Shown: positions 45,301 to 55,274 of the stretch, in pieces
Layout of the letters: each line of letters opens with the position of its first letter
How positions within the stretch are numbered: the first letter of the stretch is position 1
Assembly: GCA_003696105.1 (NCBI GenBank)
Contig: RFGE01000022.1
Location: 4,177-68,176 of the forward strand
DNA length: 64,000 nucleotides
From: Deltaproteobacteria bacterium
GTDB taxonomy: Bacteria > Myxococcota_A > Polyangia > Haliangiales > J016
Reading direction: 5' to 3'
Notes under the pieces: generated by a model
The model's input: the letters and a program-made list of their open reading frames with translations, nothing else
The model's database searches: none
What the model was told of the DNA's origin: nothing
Position numbers and translations under genes: made by a program

Positions 45301-46100
45301 ACCTGTTGCTTTCGCAACAAAATTTCCATCCGCGAGCCGGTATACGGCAGCCTGCCGGTCATCGCGCGATACAACACCACGCCGACCGCATACCAGTCGG
45401 CCGCCGGCGTTACCGGCCTACCGGCGGCCTGCTCCGGGGCCATGTAGTCGGCGGTGCCGACGACGATCCCGTCGGTGGTATGGCCGGTGGTCGTCTTGTC
45501 GATGACGAACCCGAAGTCGAGCAACACTGCGCGCCCTTCCGGCGTCACGAGTACGTTGGACGGCTTGATGTCGCGGTGGACCTTGTTCGCTCGATGAAGC
45601 GCCATCAGTGCCTGCGCGAGTTGCGCGAGCGCCGATGCGAGCTTGTCGACGTCGAAGCCGAGACCGAGCGCCGACGGCAACTTCCCTGTGGTCTTCGCGG
45701 CCGGAATTTCGCCCATCGTCGCGCGGCGCGCGCGAAACAGCTCCGACGCCTCGAGCGCAGCCGCCGCGGCGAAGGCGTCCCCGCCGGCCGCGCCGTCGCG
45801 CACGTAGCGGACGAAGTTGACGCCGTGGACGAGTTCCATCGTGAAAAACCACAAGCCGCGGTGTTCGAACAGCTCGCCGAGTTGGACGAGGTTCGGGTGC
45901 TGGACGCTCTGCAGGCTGCGAAACTCGTCCTTGAACCGCAGCAGCATTTCGGCGTTCTTCACCCGGAGCGTCTTGAGCGCGACGCGCCGTTGCGTCTCGC
46001 GGTCGAACACCTCGTAGACGACCCCCATCCCGCCCGAGCCGAGCCGCGACAGCACTTCGAACCGTTCGGTCCCGGGGAAGTCGAAATCCCGGCTCGTCAT
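42348..46100 (-). CDS. Ser/Thr protein kinase fused to AAA/STAND NTPase and TPR-like region (PknK-like)
   Basis: GSGGMGVVYEV...ALK, HRDIKPSNVL, DFG, GTADYMAPE, then P-loop LTGDSGVGKTALL and a long helical C-terminus. ATG 46100 is preferred to the track start 46154. Confidence 0.88.
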   Translation of the reverse strand: MTSRDFDFPGTERFEVLSRLGSGGMGVVYEVFDRETQRRVALKTLRVKNAEMLLRFKDEFRSLQSVQHPNLVQLGELFEHRGLWFFTMELVHGVNFVRYVRDGAAGGDAFAAAAALEASELFRARRATMGEIPAAKTTGKLPSALGLGFDVDKLASALAQLAQALMALHRANKVHRDIKPSNVLVTPEGRAVLLDFGFVIDKTTTGHTTDGIVVGTADYMAPEQAAGRPVTPAADWYAVGVVLYRAMTGRLPYTGSRMEILLRKQQVAPPPPGAVLGGIPPELDDLCVRLLAIDPSRRATGRDILATLGVDAKVTVAPRQIDPAMDQPFVGRQRELALLHDAVQQTARGRAVTLYLTGDSGVGKTALLQRFARGVVAGDPRAIVLAGRCHERESVPYKAIDGVIDVLSRVLRREPAEEVAAVLPLDVGLAANIFPVLRRVEAVAKAPGPPHDIADPLEQRRRLFAAVRELFYRIAERRRLVVIIEDLQWVDGDSLALLRDVMKPPDEPPMLLVASARTEASEPAAALASVPQFSVRTDVADIRHVHLGPLPPAEARELAAVLLREADVDPRAGADAIAHEARGHPLFIDELVQHAVSLGGAHIALPDLDAALWSRIEQLGDTARAIVEVVSIAGAPIAQEVAAEAAGVEFGEFTEVVGRLRASKLTRTTGVGRAEEIEPYHGRVRDAVIDRMSDEQRAACHHRLALSLEAVGADAQALAVHWAAAGDLPRAGAYAEEAAGRAAAALAFDRAAQLYRQAIEWQRPEGVVLRRLYTRLGDALAYAGRGADAARAYLDAAEGSSAAAQLELLRRAAEQLLRSGHVADGLDALGRVLDAAGLGSVDSERQGAWSLARQRARLRARSLRFKPRDATQVSLEALTVVDILWTVAMGLVHVDPARGADFQLFHLVEALDAGERFRVCRAFAAEVAYSAGGSERQRRRIDQLLALAAKLADDLDSDRARGLVSLTEGIAAAAAGEWTRALAAAEAADVILRDCTNVWWERGSAQQVAHRALAFLGRLRDLAERVPARLREADERGDRLATASLLSGWSNLVWLAADDPTGARARADEAMRGWSSDRWWLQHIDDLVAQVHIDLYTRDVAAAIDRVDRAGPAIAASRLHRLPAIAPVVAHLRARALLAAGRRREALKAARPLARGGSWERALAALVAAGAAACAGDAAGAVQRLRGAVAACDAAELGLFAAAARWHLGRLVGGDEGAALVAEAEAAFAHQGVRSISRLAALLAPGFGVS

Positions 46101-46229
46101 CCCGATGCGCGATTGTAGCCGCAATCGCGCGAGGCCACGACCACTGGCGACCACGCTGATGCGCCACAGCGTCAGGCAGCACGCGGATCGAGGAAGCGCG
46201 CGCCGCCGGCCGAAACGCGCGGCCGCCGG

Positions 46230-47954
46230 TCAGAATCGCGCCTGGAGCGTGAGATTGAAACCGAGCTGGTTGAAGTCGTCGAACTCGTACTGGAGAAGGT
46301 CCTCCGGTCCGTCGCGGCGCAGGCGCGTGCGGTTCGGGTCCCGGCTATAGTAGACGTCGAGGATCGACGCGAATCGATCGTCGGCGAAGTCGAGCCGCGC
46401 GGTAAACTTCGCGGCGAGCTGCGGCAGCGCCTTTTCGCCGGGCGGCAAGATGGTGTAGTCGCCTTCGGCCCGAATCACGTACACCGCCTCACCCGCGCTC
46501 ACTTGGTCGACCTCGACGATCGGTTTCGGCGACGCGATCGTCGCGGGCAGTTCGAGCCCGAGGACGATACCCGTGGTGAGATTGGGACCCGGGTAGTGGT
46601 GGTCGACGCCGGCGGCCGCGAAGAAGTTCGGCGTGAGTTCATAGTCGTCGGCAAAGTCGACGTACGACGGCAATGACGGCGCCGAGTGCAGGATATACGC
46701 CGCGTCGCGGTATTGCAGGTCGACACGAAACCGGGTGTAGTCGAGCTTGGCGCGAACGTTCACGTCGCCGGCGAACGCGTACTGAATCGTCGTCGTCCCC
46801 GGCGCGGCCGGATCCTTGAGCGTCTGTCCGAGCACCGTCGCCTCCGACGCGACCATCCACGCGAATCCGCCGGGGTACTCGTCCTTTTGGCGAAACAGCG
46901 TGCGAATGCTCTCGAGGTCGTTGCGGTAGAGCTTGTAATCGATCGACGACCCGACCGGGATCCCCTGCTGCAGCGCCACTTGCACCGATGCGCCGAAGAG
47001 TTGGACGTGCTCCGATCGCACGTCTTCCTGTTCGTTCGTACCGCGGTCGAAATAGCCGCCGTTGACCTCGACCCGCAGCATGTCGGTTACATCGACGCCG
47101 GCACCGGCCAGGTACGCGAATACGGATCGCTCCTCGTCGATCGTGTCGTCGACGAGCACCGCGGACTTCGCGCCGACGAACGCGTACACGCGGTCGTTCT
47201 CCCACTGCAGCTTGACGCCCGGGACCGCGTTTTTCGTGCGCTGGTACTCGTTCGACCCACCCCACGACAGCCGATAGCTGTACCCGAGGCGAAACCGATC
47301 CGACGACGTCGGAAACGCGGTGAGCGACACGCGCGCGGGCGACCGCCGCTCGGCGTCGGCCCACCGGGCGACGCGAATGTACGAGCCGGCATCCGACAGC
47401 CGGATGTCGCGCTCGGCTAGGTCGTTGACGCGCAGCACGAGCGCGCCTTCGACGTCCCAGTTGCCGGCGGAGTGGCGCTTGTACAGCACGGCATGCGACA
47501 GGGTTTCGAACCCCGAAAACCGCGTGTCGTAGTTGTCGAAAAACAGCGTGCCGAGTTGGTTTGGCCGGCCGAACCGATAGCCGGGCACGTTCGGCACGTG
47601 CGTCTCGTTCGGATCGGCCAACACGTTTTCGTTCGTGAACGTGAAGTTCAACCGCGTGTCGATGAAGTCACTGTGCGACTCCGGCGCGGCTGGGCGCTTC
47701 GGCGCGGCTGCTCGCTCCGGCGCGGCTGCTCGCTCCGGCGCGGCTGCTCGCTCCGGCGCGGGCGCCTCCGGCTCGGCGCCGCCTCCCGGCGCGGGCGCCT
47801 CCGGCTCGGCGCCGCCTCCCGGCGCGGGCGCGGCGGCCCACGGCGCAGCGTCGTCCGGCCGCTGAGCCGTGGGCGACTCGGACTCGCCGGCCGCCTGCGC
47901 GAACACGGCGGCCGACCACAACACGATCGCGGCAACAGGGACAATGCGGTACAC
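46230..47954 (-). CDS. outer-membrane beta-barrel protein with repetitive Pro/Ala/Glu N-terminal region
   Basis: Signal peptide MYRIVPVAAIVLWSAAVFAQA, alternating beta-strand pattern, and a C-terminal ...LGFNLTLQARF (terminal Phe). Confidence 0.75.
   Translation of the reverse strand: MYRIVPVAAIVLWSAAVFAQAAGESESPTAQRPDDAAPWAAAPAPGGGAEPEAPAPGGGAEPEAPAPERAAAPERAAAPERAAAPKRPAAPESHSDFIDTRLNFTFTNENVLADPNETHVPNVPGYRFGRPNQLGTLFFDNYDTRFSGFETLSHAVLYKRHSAGNWDVEGALVLRVNDLAERDIRLSDAGSYIRVARWADAERRSPARVSLTAFPTSSDRFRLGYSYRLSWGGSNEYQRTKNAVPGVKLQWENDRVYAFVGAKSAVLVDDTIDEERSVFAYLAGAGVDVTDMLRVEVNGGYFDRGTNEQEDVRSEHVQLFGASVQVALQQGIPVGSSIDYKLYRNDLESIRTLFRQKDEYPGGFAWMVASEATVLGQTLKDPAAPGTTTIQYAFAGDVNVRAKLDYTRFRVDLQYRDAAYILHSAPSLPSYVDFADDYELTPNFFAAAGVDHHYPGPNLTTGIVLGLELPATIASPKPIVEVDQVSAGEAVYVIRAEGDYTILPPGEKALPQLAAKFTARLDFADDRFASILDVYYSRDPNRTRLRRDGPEDLLQYEFDDFNQLGFNLTLQARF
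47700..47819. repeat. in-gene tandem repeats (18 bp x3, then 33 bp x2)
   Basis: CGGCGCGGCTGCTCGCTC x3 (47700..47753) and CGGCGCGGGCGCCTCCGGCTCGGCGCCGCCTCC x2 (47754..47819). They encode ERAAAP x3 and APAPGGGAEPE x2 on the minus strand. Confidence 0.9.
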
Positions 47955-47963
47955 GAAAGCTCC

Positions 47964-49145
47964 TTACGGCAGCGTCAGGTCGGACAGGTCGCGCGGGTAC
48001 ACGAGCCAGATGTTTCCGCCTGAGGCGAAGTTGAGCGGCCGAAGTGTGCCGACCACGCGCGGCAGCGCGCGGCCGACGAATGCGGCGGGATCGAAGTCGG
48101 GCACCTGGCCCAACGTGGACACCGAGATGGAGTCGAAGCAGCCTTTGCCGACGTCGAGCTTCCACTGGCCGAACTCGGCGAAGCTGTCGTCGAGCGGGCA
48201 GACGACGCCGCCTTCGACCGCGACCACGCCGGCTTCCAGCCGCTCGAGTTCGATGCGCGTGTCGAGCCACGCCGGATCGATCGGCACCGGCGCGGGGATG
48301 CGCGCCGGGTCGTGCTCGCCGCTGGCAATGCGCGTGCGCGGAAAGCCGATCTCCGTGAGCCCCTCGAACTCGGACACGCCGCCGCCCACCTCGGCCACCA
48401 CGTCGCCGGCGCGGATGTCACCGCCGTCCACCGTCTCCGGGCGGGAGAAGGTGAACACGAAAATGTGGTCGTAGTCGCCGGCCACGCACGGCGGCGTGCC
48501 CGCGGCGTCTGCGCACCGGACGTCCGACAGCGTGTACCCCTGGGCGTACACGCCGGTGACGACGAGCCGTCCCTCGGCGCCGTAGCGGCTCTGCGTCACC
48601 GTGACCTGTTTGCGCTCGAGCGGCGACACGAACAGCGCGTCGAGCGCCGTCTCGTCCTCGGGCATGGAGATGTCCACCAGCCACGGGTCCCGAAACCACA
48701 TGCGGGGCGACGTGCCGGTGGCGAACGTGGCGTTCGGGCCGACCGCGTCCTCGACCCACAAGAACGCCGGGCCGAACACGCGGGGCAACGACAGCGCGAC
48801 GTCGCCCGTCCGACCGCCCGCGATCGCCACGGTCGCGAGCGCCTCGCCGGAATTCAGCTCCGGCGTGAGACTGCCGAGGTGGTGCACGAACACGCGCAGG
48901 TCCGCGGCAAAGCCCGTATCGACCTCCCCCGCGGCGTCCAGCGCGGTGACCCGGACGACCACGTCTCGAGCGTCGTCGGGCAACCGGCGGTCGGCGGTGC
49001 CGGGATCGGCCGGCGCGATCAGGTCGACTCGCAGCGACGTCGTGCCCTCGAGCGGCGGCAGCCGATCCGTACAGCCGGCGGCACACGCGGCCACCGCGGC
49101 GGCCGCCCACGCCTTCCTACTCGAACACCGGGCGAATACGCCCAT
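47964..49145 (-). CDS. lipoprotein with ExeM/NucH-like OB-fold segment
   Basis: [25 protein letters not shown] (lipobox). VTGVYAQGYTLSD...IFVFTF...GDVVAEVGGGVSEFEGLTEI resembles the OB-fold found N-terminal in extracellular nucleases. Overlaps the upstream gene by 29 nt. Confidence 0.65.
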   Translation of the reverse strand: MGVFARCSSRKAWAAAAVAACAAGCTDRLPPLEGTTSLRVDLIAPADPGTADRRLPDDARDVVVRVTALDAAGEVDTGFAADLRVFVHHLGSLTPELNSGEALATVAIAGGRTGDVALSLPRVFGPAFLWVEDAVGPNATFATGTSPRMWFRDPWLVDISMPEDETALDALFVSPLERKQVTVTQSRYGAEGRLVVTGVYAQGYTLSDVRCADAAGTPPCVAGDYDHIFVFTFSRPETVDGGDIRAGDVVAEVGGGVSEFEGLTEIGFPRTRIASGEHDPARIPAPVPIDPAWLDTRIELERLEAGVVAVEGGVVCPLDDSFAEFGQWKLDVGKGCFDSISVSTLGQVPDFDPAAFVGRALPRVVGTLRPLNFASGGNIWLVYPRDLSDLTLP

Positions 49146-50907
49146 CGTGTGGCTCCACCGTCTCGTCGATGCAGGCGATCGCGCCGTGCTCGGCGATGAC
49201 CGCGGGATCAGTACACGCCGGCTGCCGGCGCAAAAAATCGGTGAGCGCGTCGCGCAGCGAAATGCCGGTGTCGATCTTCGCCGTGTTGCGCTCCAGCACG
49301 TCGAACCCCGATCCGCCGCGCGCGATGAAGTCGTTGACCGCGACCCGGTACAGCGCGCCCAATTCGAGCGGCGCACACTTCGTCTCGTCGATCGGGCCGT
49401 CCGGGTTGCCGTTGCGACAGTTCTCCCCGAGAAAGATGTTCTTCGCGCACCCGTTCGGGCAGTCCGGCGATCGGCACACCATGTCGTGCCAGATTCCGGC
49501 GACCTGCGCTTGCGACCGGCAGCCACGGCTAGCCGACTTCCGCGCGTTGAAGTCGAGCATCTCCTTGACCTCGGCGCCCGACAGGTACATGACGGTGATG
49601 CTGTTTTCGAACGGGAACACGTTGAACATCTGTTCGACGGTGAGCGCCCCCGGTTCGAAATCGGCTCGAATGCCGAGTGAGTTGGTGAGCGCGAACTCCG
49701 CCTCGACGCCCGACCGCGTTTGCATCGCGCGCGCCACGAGGTTGCCGAGCTGGGAGTCGCCGCCCGTGGGGTCGTTGCGAACGATCTTCGCGCCGCCCGG
49801 CGCGTCGACGTAGGCGAACACGCCGTCGAGGTCGATCTTCGCGTTGAGTTGCTGCCAGTACGGTTGCAGCAGATCCGTCAGTTCGACGTCGTCCGGAACC
49901 GTGGAGTCCACCGGGATGGTTTCGTACGAAAAGGCGGTGATGCGGCTGCGATCGGCCGGATCGCGGTTGTTTTCGCCCACCCGGACGACCAGATCGAGGC
50001 GCCCGACGTACTTCGCAAACGCTCCGGAGTGGACGAGAATCGCCTCGTTGCCGTCCTGGTCACGAATGACCTTGGGCGGGTTGAGCACGATGTGCAGGTG
50101 GCCGCCGAGGATCACGTCGACGTCGGCGAGCGGAAGCAGTTCGTTGCGGTCGAGTTCGATGTCGGCCGCGCTCAGTCCTTCGTCCTCCTCGAGCCCGAGG
50201 TGAGACAGCACGACCACGACGTCCACGACCGGGCGCAACAGCCGCGCGTAGCTGGCGACCACCTGGCCGTCCTCGATCGGCCGAATGCCGAGCGAGTTGC
50301 CGCCCTCGAAGATGCCGGTCATCGACGACCAGTTGCCCATTCCGATCACGCCGACGAGCACCCCGTCGAGATCGAAGATCGCGTAGGGCTGAACGACGTC
50401 GCGCAGCCACGGCTCCATCGGGTCGTTCGGCTCCTCGAACACGTAGTTGGCCGCCAGCGACCGGTACGTCGCCCACTGGTCGATCTGCTCGTAGAGGTTG
50501 CGCGAGCCGAGGTCGAACTCGTGGTTGCCCAACACCGCGGCGTCGAGCCCGGCGCGCGACAGCGCCCGGACCTCGACCTCGCCGCGAAACAAGTTGAACA
50601 CGGGCGCGCCCTGAAACACGTCGCCCGAGTCGAGCCACAGCGACCGCGCCGCCCGCTCCCGCTGCTCCTTGACCAGGGTGGCGATGCGCGCGATCCCGCC
50701 GAACGGGCCGTTTTCGGGAAGCAGGCCGTAGCCCTCGTCGAACCGGTTCGGCGTGAGCGTGTAGGGAAACAGCCGCGAGTGGATGTCGGCCGTGTGGACG
50801 ATGGTAATGCGAACGTCCTGGCCGACGAGGTCCGGGCGGTCGCGCGCCACCGTACACGCCGCGACGAGCGCCGCGGCCGCGGAGAGGATCGGCAGGCTCC
50901 GGGCCAT
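49117..50907 (-). CDS. bifunctional metallophosphatase/5'-nucleotidase (UshA family) lipoprotein
   Basis: [18 protein letters not shown] (lipobox). Intact motifs [29 protein letters not shown]. The C-terminal 5'-nucleotidase domain carries a Cys-rich insert. The track start 50967 is less likely. Confidence 0.88.
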   Translation of the reverse strand: MARSLPILSAAAALVAACTVARDRPDLVGQDVRITIVHTADIHSRLFPYTLTPNRFDEGYGLLPENGPFGGIARIATLVKEQRERAARSLWLDSGDVFQGAPVFNLFRGEVEVRALSRAGLDAAVLGNHEFDLGSRNLYEQIDQWATYRSLAANYVFEEPNDPMEPWLRDVVQPYAIFDLDGVLVGVIGMGNWSSMTGIFEGGNSLGIRPIEDGQVVASYARLLRPVVDVVVVLSHLGLEEDEGLSAADIELDRNELLPLADVDVILGGHLHIVLNPPKVIRDQDGNEAILVHSGAFAKYVGRLDLVVRVGENNRDPADRSRITAFSYETIPVDSTVPDDVELTDLLQPYWQQLNAKIDLDGVFAYVDAPGGAKIVRNDPTGGDSQLGNLVARAMQTRSGVEAEFALTNSLGIRADFEPGALTVEQMFNVFPFENSITVMYLSGAEVKEMLDFNARKSASRGCRSQAQVAGIWHDMVCRSPDCPNGCAKNIFLGENCRNGNPDGPIDETKCAPLELGALYRVAVNDFIARGGSGFDVLERNTAKIDTGISLRDALTDFLRRQPACTDPAVIAEHGAIACIDETVEPHDGRIRPVFE

Positions 50908-50981
50908 GGAACGGCCCACATACCACACGCCCCCCACACGCCGATAGTCCGACCGGCCGCCGGCCACGCACCGGCTGCGCT

Positions 50982-52409
50982 ATGCTTCGCGCCATGCGGC
51001 GCGCCAAGATCGTCTGCACCCTCGGTCCCGCGACCTCGACTCCCGAGCGCATCGGCGAGCTGATCGACGCCGGCATGGACATGGCGCGGCTGAACTTCTC
51101 GCATGGTGACTACGCCACGCACGAGGCCACGTTGCGCGCAGTCCGCGCCGAGGCCGAGCGCCGCGACCGCGCCGTGGCGGTGCTGCTCGACCTCGCCGGT
51201 CCCAAGATTCGCGTCGGCCGGTTCGCGAACGGCGCGGTCGACCTCGAGCCCGGCGCGGCGTTCACGATCACCACCGACCGCAGCGTGGTCGGCGACCGAA
51301 CGCGCGTATCGACGACCTACGAGCATCTGCCGAAGGATGTCGCGGCCGGCGATCAGATCCTCCTCGACGACGGCTATCTGTCGTTGGTCGTCACCGACGT
51401 GACCGAAACGGAGGTCCACACCAAGGTGGTCGCGGGCGGGACGCTGCGCGACAACAAGGGCATCAACCTCCCCAACGTCAACTTGTCGGCGCCGACGCTG
51501 TCGGACAAGGACCGGCGCGATCTGGCATGGGGCGTGCGCGTCGGGGTCGAGTACATCGCACTGTCGTTCGTACGCTCCCCCGAAGACGTACGACTCGCGC
51601 GCGAACTCGCAACGGTCGACGGCGTCCGCGTCCCGATCATCGCCAAGATCGAATTGCCGCAGGCGGTCGATCGCCTCGACGAGATCGTCGAGGTCGCCGA
51701 CGGTGCGATGATCGCGCGCGGCGACCTCGGCGTCGAACTCGGGCCCGAAAAGGTGCCGCTCATCCAAAAACGCATCATCGAAACCACGAATCGTCACGGC
51801 AAGCTGGTCATCACCGCGACGCAGATGCTCGAGTCGATGATTCACAACTCGCGGCCCACGCGCGCCGAAGCATCGGACGTCGCCAACGCGGTGCTCGACG
51901 GGACGGATGCGCTCATGCTGTCGGGCGAGACGGCAGTCGGCGCGTACCCGATCGAAGCCGTGCGGACGATGGACCGGATCATTCGCGAGGTCGAGCACTC
52001 GGAGTACTACCGCCGGCACATCGAGCCGCCGACGCTCGATCTGCCCGTGTCGGCGAACGCGATCGCCCACGCGGCGGCGATCGCCGCCCGGCAGATGCGC
52101 ATCAAGACGATCGCGCTGGTGACCGAGTCGGGAGGCGCCGCCCGGTTGATGAGCGAGTACCGCCCCGAAGCGGCAATCCTCGCGCTGACGACCAACGATG
52201 TGACCTACCGCCGCCTCGCGCCTTACTGGGGCGTCACGCCGATTCTCATCTCGCCGGCGGCGACCACCGACGAGATGATCGATCGGATCGAAGCCGTGTT
52301 GCGCGAACGCCAGCTGGCCGAGCCCGGCGAGTACGTCGCGATCACGATGGGCGTCCCGGTCGGTGCCGGCGAATCGACCAACCTGCTGAAGATTCACCGG
52401 ATGTCGTGA
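50982..52409 (+). CDS. pyk: pyruvate kinase
   Basis: [13 protein letters not shown]...[11 protein letters not shown]...NKGINLP...[10 protein letters not shown]...MLESM. 475 aa. Alternative ATG at 50994. Confidence 0.95.
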   Translation: MLRAMRRAKIVCTLGPATSTPERIGELIDAGMDMARLNFSHGDYATHEATLRAVRAEAERRDRAVAVLLDLAGPKIRVGRFANGAVDLEPGAAFTITTDRSVVGDRTRVSTTYEHLPKDVAAGDQILLDDGYLSLVVTDVTETEVHTKVVAGGTLRDNKGINLPNVNLSAPTLSDKDRRDLAWGVRVGVEYIALSFVRSPEDVRLARELATVDGVRVPIIAKIELPQAVDRLDEIVEVADGAMIARGDLGVELGPEKVPLIQKRIIETTNRHGKLVITATQMLESMIHNSRPTRAEASDVANAVLDGTDALMLSGETAVGAYPIEAVRTMDRIIREVEHSEYYRRHIEPPTLDLPVSANAIAHAAAIAARQMRIKTIALVTESGGAARLMSEYRPEAAILALTTNDVTYRRLAPYWGVTPILISPAATTDEMIDRIEAVLRERQLAEPGEYVAITMGVPVGAGESTNLLKIHRMS

Positions 52410-52447
52410 CCGCCGCGCGCGGAAACGAATGCGGCGAATCGGGCCGG

Positions 52448-52529
<82 letters not shown>

Positions 52530-52602
52530 GAAACGACAGCCCGATTCGCCGCGGGTAGTGATATTCGGACGGCCCGTCGCTGTCAAGTGCGGATATAGTC
52601 CG

Positions 52603-53217
52603 ATGCGCATGGAATTGCCGGGGTCCGAGCCCGCCGGCCCGTCTCGGGCCGGCCTCATCATGGCGCTGTACGGCGCCCTCGCGCTCGTCGCGGTCCTCAT
52701 CTCGGCAGGCCGCGACGACGTCGACATCTATCGGATCGAGGGGCGGTCGACGGCGACCTGGTTGTTGCTGAGTCCACTGGTCGGCGCCGCCCTGGGGCTG
52801 GCCGTCGTCGCGGCGTCTCGCGCCGCCGTCCATCGATTCGCGTGGGCGCGCGCACTCCACCGCGACTTCCGCGCGCTGCTGGGCCCGCTCACGACCCGCG
52901 AGATCGTCATCCTCGCGGCGGCGAGCGCCGTCGGCGAGGAGCTGCTGTTTCGCGGCGCGCTCCAGCCGTGGATCGGCGTCTGGCCGCAGGCGCTCATCTT
53001 CGCGCTGCTGCACGTCGGCCCGGGGATGCGGTTTCTGCCGTGGACCGCGTGGGCGTTCGCGATGGGGCTGGTGTTCGGCTACGTGTTCGAGTGGACCGGC
53101 GACCTCGGCGCACCGATCGCGGCCCACTTCACGATCAACTTCCTGAACCTGCTGTTCATCGCGCGGGTGGAACTGCCGCCGGAACCGCACGCCGGCGCGC
53201 CGCCGCGCCCGTCGTAG
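52603..53217 (+). CDS. CPBP-family intramembrane glutamic endopeptidase (CAAX protease-like)
   Basis: Motifs EELLFRGALQ, FALLH, HFTINF. Multi-TM. Start uncertain (52558 or 52603). Confidence 0.85.
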   Translation: MRMELPGSEPAGPSRAGLIMALYGALALVAVLISAGRDDVDIYRIEGRSTATWLLLSPLVGAALGLAVVAASRAAVHRFAWARALHRDFRALLGPLTTREIVILAAASAVGEELLFRGALQPWIGVWPQALIFALLHVGPGMRFLPWTAWAFAMGLVFGYVFEWTGDLGAPIAAHFTINFLNLLFIARVELPPEPHAGAPPRPS

Positions 53218-53287
53218 GCGGCGTGCACATCGCCCGGCAGGCCGGTTTTTTGCCCGCCGCGCGCCGGCGGCGTAGCCTCGACGGCGC

Positions 53288-54970
53288 ATGCGCGCGATCC
53301 GCACATCGGTGGCCATCCTGGCGGCCTGCGTCGCCCTGGCCGTCGGCGCGCACCGGGCCGCGACCGATTTGTCGCGCGGCGACGAAGTGCGCGCCCTGTA
53401 CAGCGATCGGTTCGCGTTTACCGACGACGGCATCCCGGTCGTCACCGTCGAGATCATGGGCGGGCAGGACCGCGTCGCGCTGCGCGCCGACGGCGGCTTG
53501 GTGGCACTGCCGAGCGGCGACGGCGGACCGTCGGTCGCGGGCGCCGACGGCTGGCTGATCGAGGCCGAGGGCGCGACGCCGCCGCGGATCCGCGAGTGGA
53601 CGGTGGTGGCCGAGTTCGACGGCGCCGACGATGCGGGCGCCGCGCGCGAACTCGATCGCTGGCGCGCACGCGGCCACGAGACGCGGGCATTCGAGGTCGG
53701 CACGGTGTTCGGCGTCGATGGGGCGGTCATCGACGGCCGCCGGCGGCTCGTCGCAATCGACCCGGTGCCGGCGGGAAAAGGCGCGAAGCGCGCGCGGCGC
53801 ATCGCCCGCCGCTACGGCGTTCACACCCGCGTACACGAGGAGCTGGTCGACCCGCCGCGCGGCACGATCGTCGCGCGTGCCGTTGGCGGGCGCACGGTCG
53901 TGCGCAGCCCCGGCGTGCTGTGGTTCGCTCCCGCGCGCGCCGGCGCCACCGTCGAAGTCGCCGACGTCGTGTACGGCGGCGGCGGCTCGCAGGTCGGCGC
54001 CGAGCGCACCGAGGACCGCAGCTATTACGGCAGCGTGTACGTCACGATCGGACGCGACGGCAAGCTTGTCGCGGTCAACGCGGTACCGGCCGACAAGCTG
54101 CTCGCGGGGCTCGTGCCCGCCGAAATCTTTCCGGACGCGCCGGACGAAGCCCTCGCCGCGCAGGCGGTCGCAGCGCGCACCGAACTGCTCAGCCGCATCG
54201 GCACGCGCCATTTCGCGGACCCGTTCCTGGTCTGCTCCAGCCAGCATTGCCAGGTCTACGCCGGCGCGGGCCGCGAGCACCCTCGCACCACGCGCGCGGT
54301 CGACCGCACCCGCGGACTCGTCCTGCTGCGCGACGGCGGCGGGCTGGTGGACGCGCGCTACAGCGCGTCATGCGGCGGTCACGGGGAGCACAACGAGCAC
54401 ATCTGGGGTGGCGCGCCGGACCCGGCGCTGCGCGGCGCCGTCGACGCCACGCCGGCGGGGGCGAGCGCGATGGCGCCGTTTGCCGACGGCGTGTCCGAAG
54501 CCGAACTCGATGCGTTCCTCGCGCTGCCCGACGACGCCGCGTACTGCGGAGCCACCCGCTACGGCAAGGGGCGGTTTCGCTGGCGCGTGCGCCTGTCGGC
54601 CGACGATCTCACCGCGCGCGTCGCCGCGCGCTACCCGGGCGTCGGCCGGGTCGTCGCGCTCGAGCCGGTCGACCGGGGCGTGTCGGGGCGAATTCGCACG
54701 CTCGCCATCCGGGGCGACCGCGGTACGGCGACCGTCACCGGCGACCTGGCGATCCGGAGGCTGCTCGGCGGGCTCAAGAGTTCGCTGTTTCGCGTCACGC
54801 CCGAGGGACCGGCCGCGGCGCCGGCGGCCTTCGTGATCGACGGGGCCGGTTTCGGACACGGCGTCGGCATGTGCCAGACCGGCGCCATCGGGCGCGCGGA
54901 GGCGGGCCAGACGTTCCGCGCCATCTTGGAGCACTACTACCCCGGCTCCCGCGTGCGCCGGCTGTATTGA
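53288..54970 (+). CDS. SpoIID/LytB domain protein
   Basis: Signal peptide. ALAAQAVAARTE, CSSQHCQVY, ARYSASCGGH and GFGHGVGMCQTGA are SpoIID-family motifs. Confidence 0.88.
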   Translation: MRAIRTSVAILAACVALAVGAHRAATDLSRGDEVRALYSDRFAFTDDGIPVVTVEIMGGQDRVALRADGGLVALPSGDGGPSVAGADGWLIEAEGATPPRIREWTVVAEFDGADDAGAARELDRWRARGHETRAFEVGTVFGVDGAVIDGRRRLVAIDPVPAGKGAKRARRIARRYGVHTRVHEELVDPPRGTIVARAVGGRTVVRSPGVLWFAPARAGATVEVADVVYGGGGSQVGAERTEDRSYYGSVYVTIGRDGKLVAVNAVPADKLLAGLVPAEIFPDAPDEALAAQAVAARTELLSRIGTRHFADPFLVCSSQHCQVYAGAGREHPRTTRAVDRTRGLVLLRDGGGLVDARYSASCGGHGEHNEHIWGGAPDPALRGAVDATPAGASAMAPFADGVSEAELDAFLALPDDAAYCGATRYGKGRFRWRVRLSADDLTARVAARYPGVGRVVALEPVDRGVSGRIRTLAIRGDRGTATVTGDLAIRRLLGGLKSSLFRVTPEGPAAAPAAFVIDGAGFGHGVGMCQTGAIGRAEAGQTFRAILEHYYPGSRVRRLY

Positions 54971-55062
54971 CCGGCGCCATCGGGCGCGCGGAGCCGGGCG
55001 AGACGTTCCGCGCCATCTCGGGGCACGACGGCGCCGGCTCCCGGGTGCGCCGGCTGGATCGA
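54971..55062 (+). repeat. degenerate tandem copy of the last 92 bp of the SpoIID-like gene
   Basis: 54971..55062 aligns base-for-base with 54879..54970. By hand alignment there are about 14 mismatches and no indels. Confidence 0.85.
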
Positions 55063-55274
55063 CCGCGCCGTCGGGCGCCCGAGCAGATCCGGGCCCCGGG
55101 GCCGACCTTGCACGCCCCGACTGCAAATTTTCACCGCGGGGTCGATTTCTCCTGAAAACTCGTTGACTTGCACTCAAAGCCGCGCGAACAACAGAGAGAC
55201 AGACAAAACCCTGCACCAGGGTTCAGGCAGTCCGCTCGCGGCGGACGAACCGATGTTAAGGAGGCAGTAAGAGG

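Noticed and set aside
53215-53272. A TIR-like sequence after the CPBP protease TAG stop (TAGGCGGCGTGCACATCGCC...GTAGCCTC) and a T6 tract at 53246..53251.
   Set aside because: The resemblance to the MITE termini needs indels and is short. The preceding stem is only about 4 bp. Evidence is insufficient to call either an element or a terminator.
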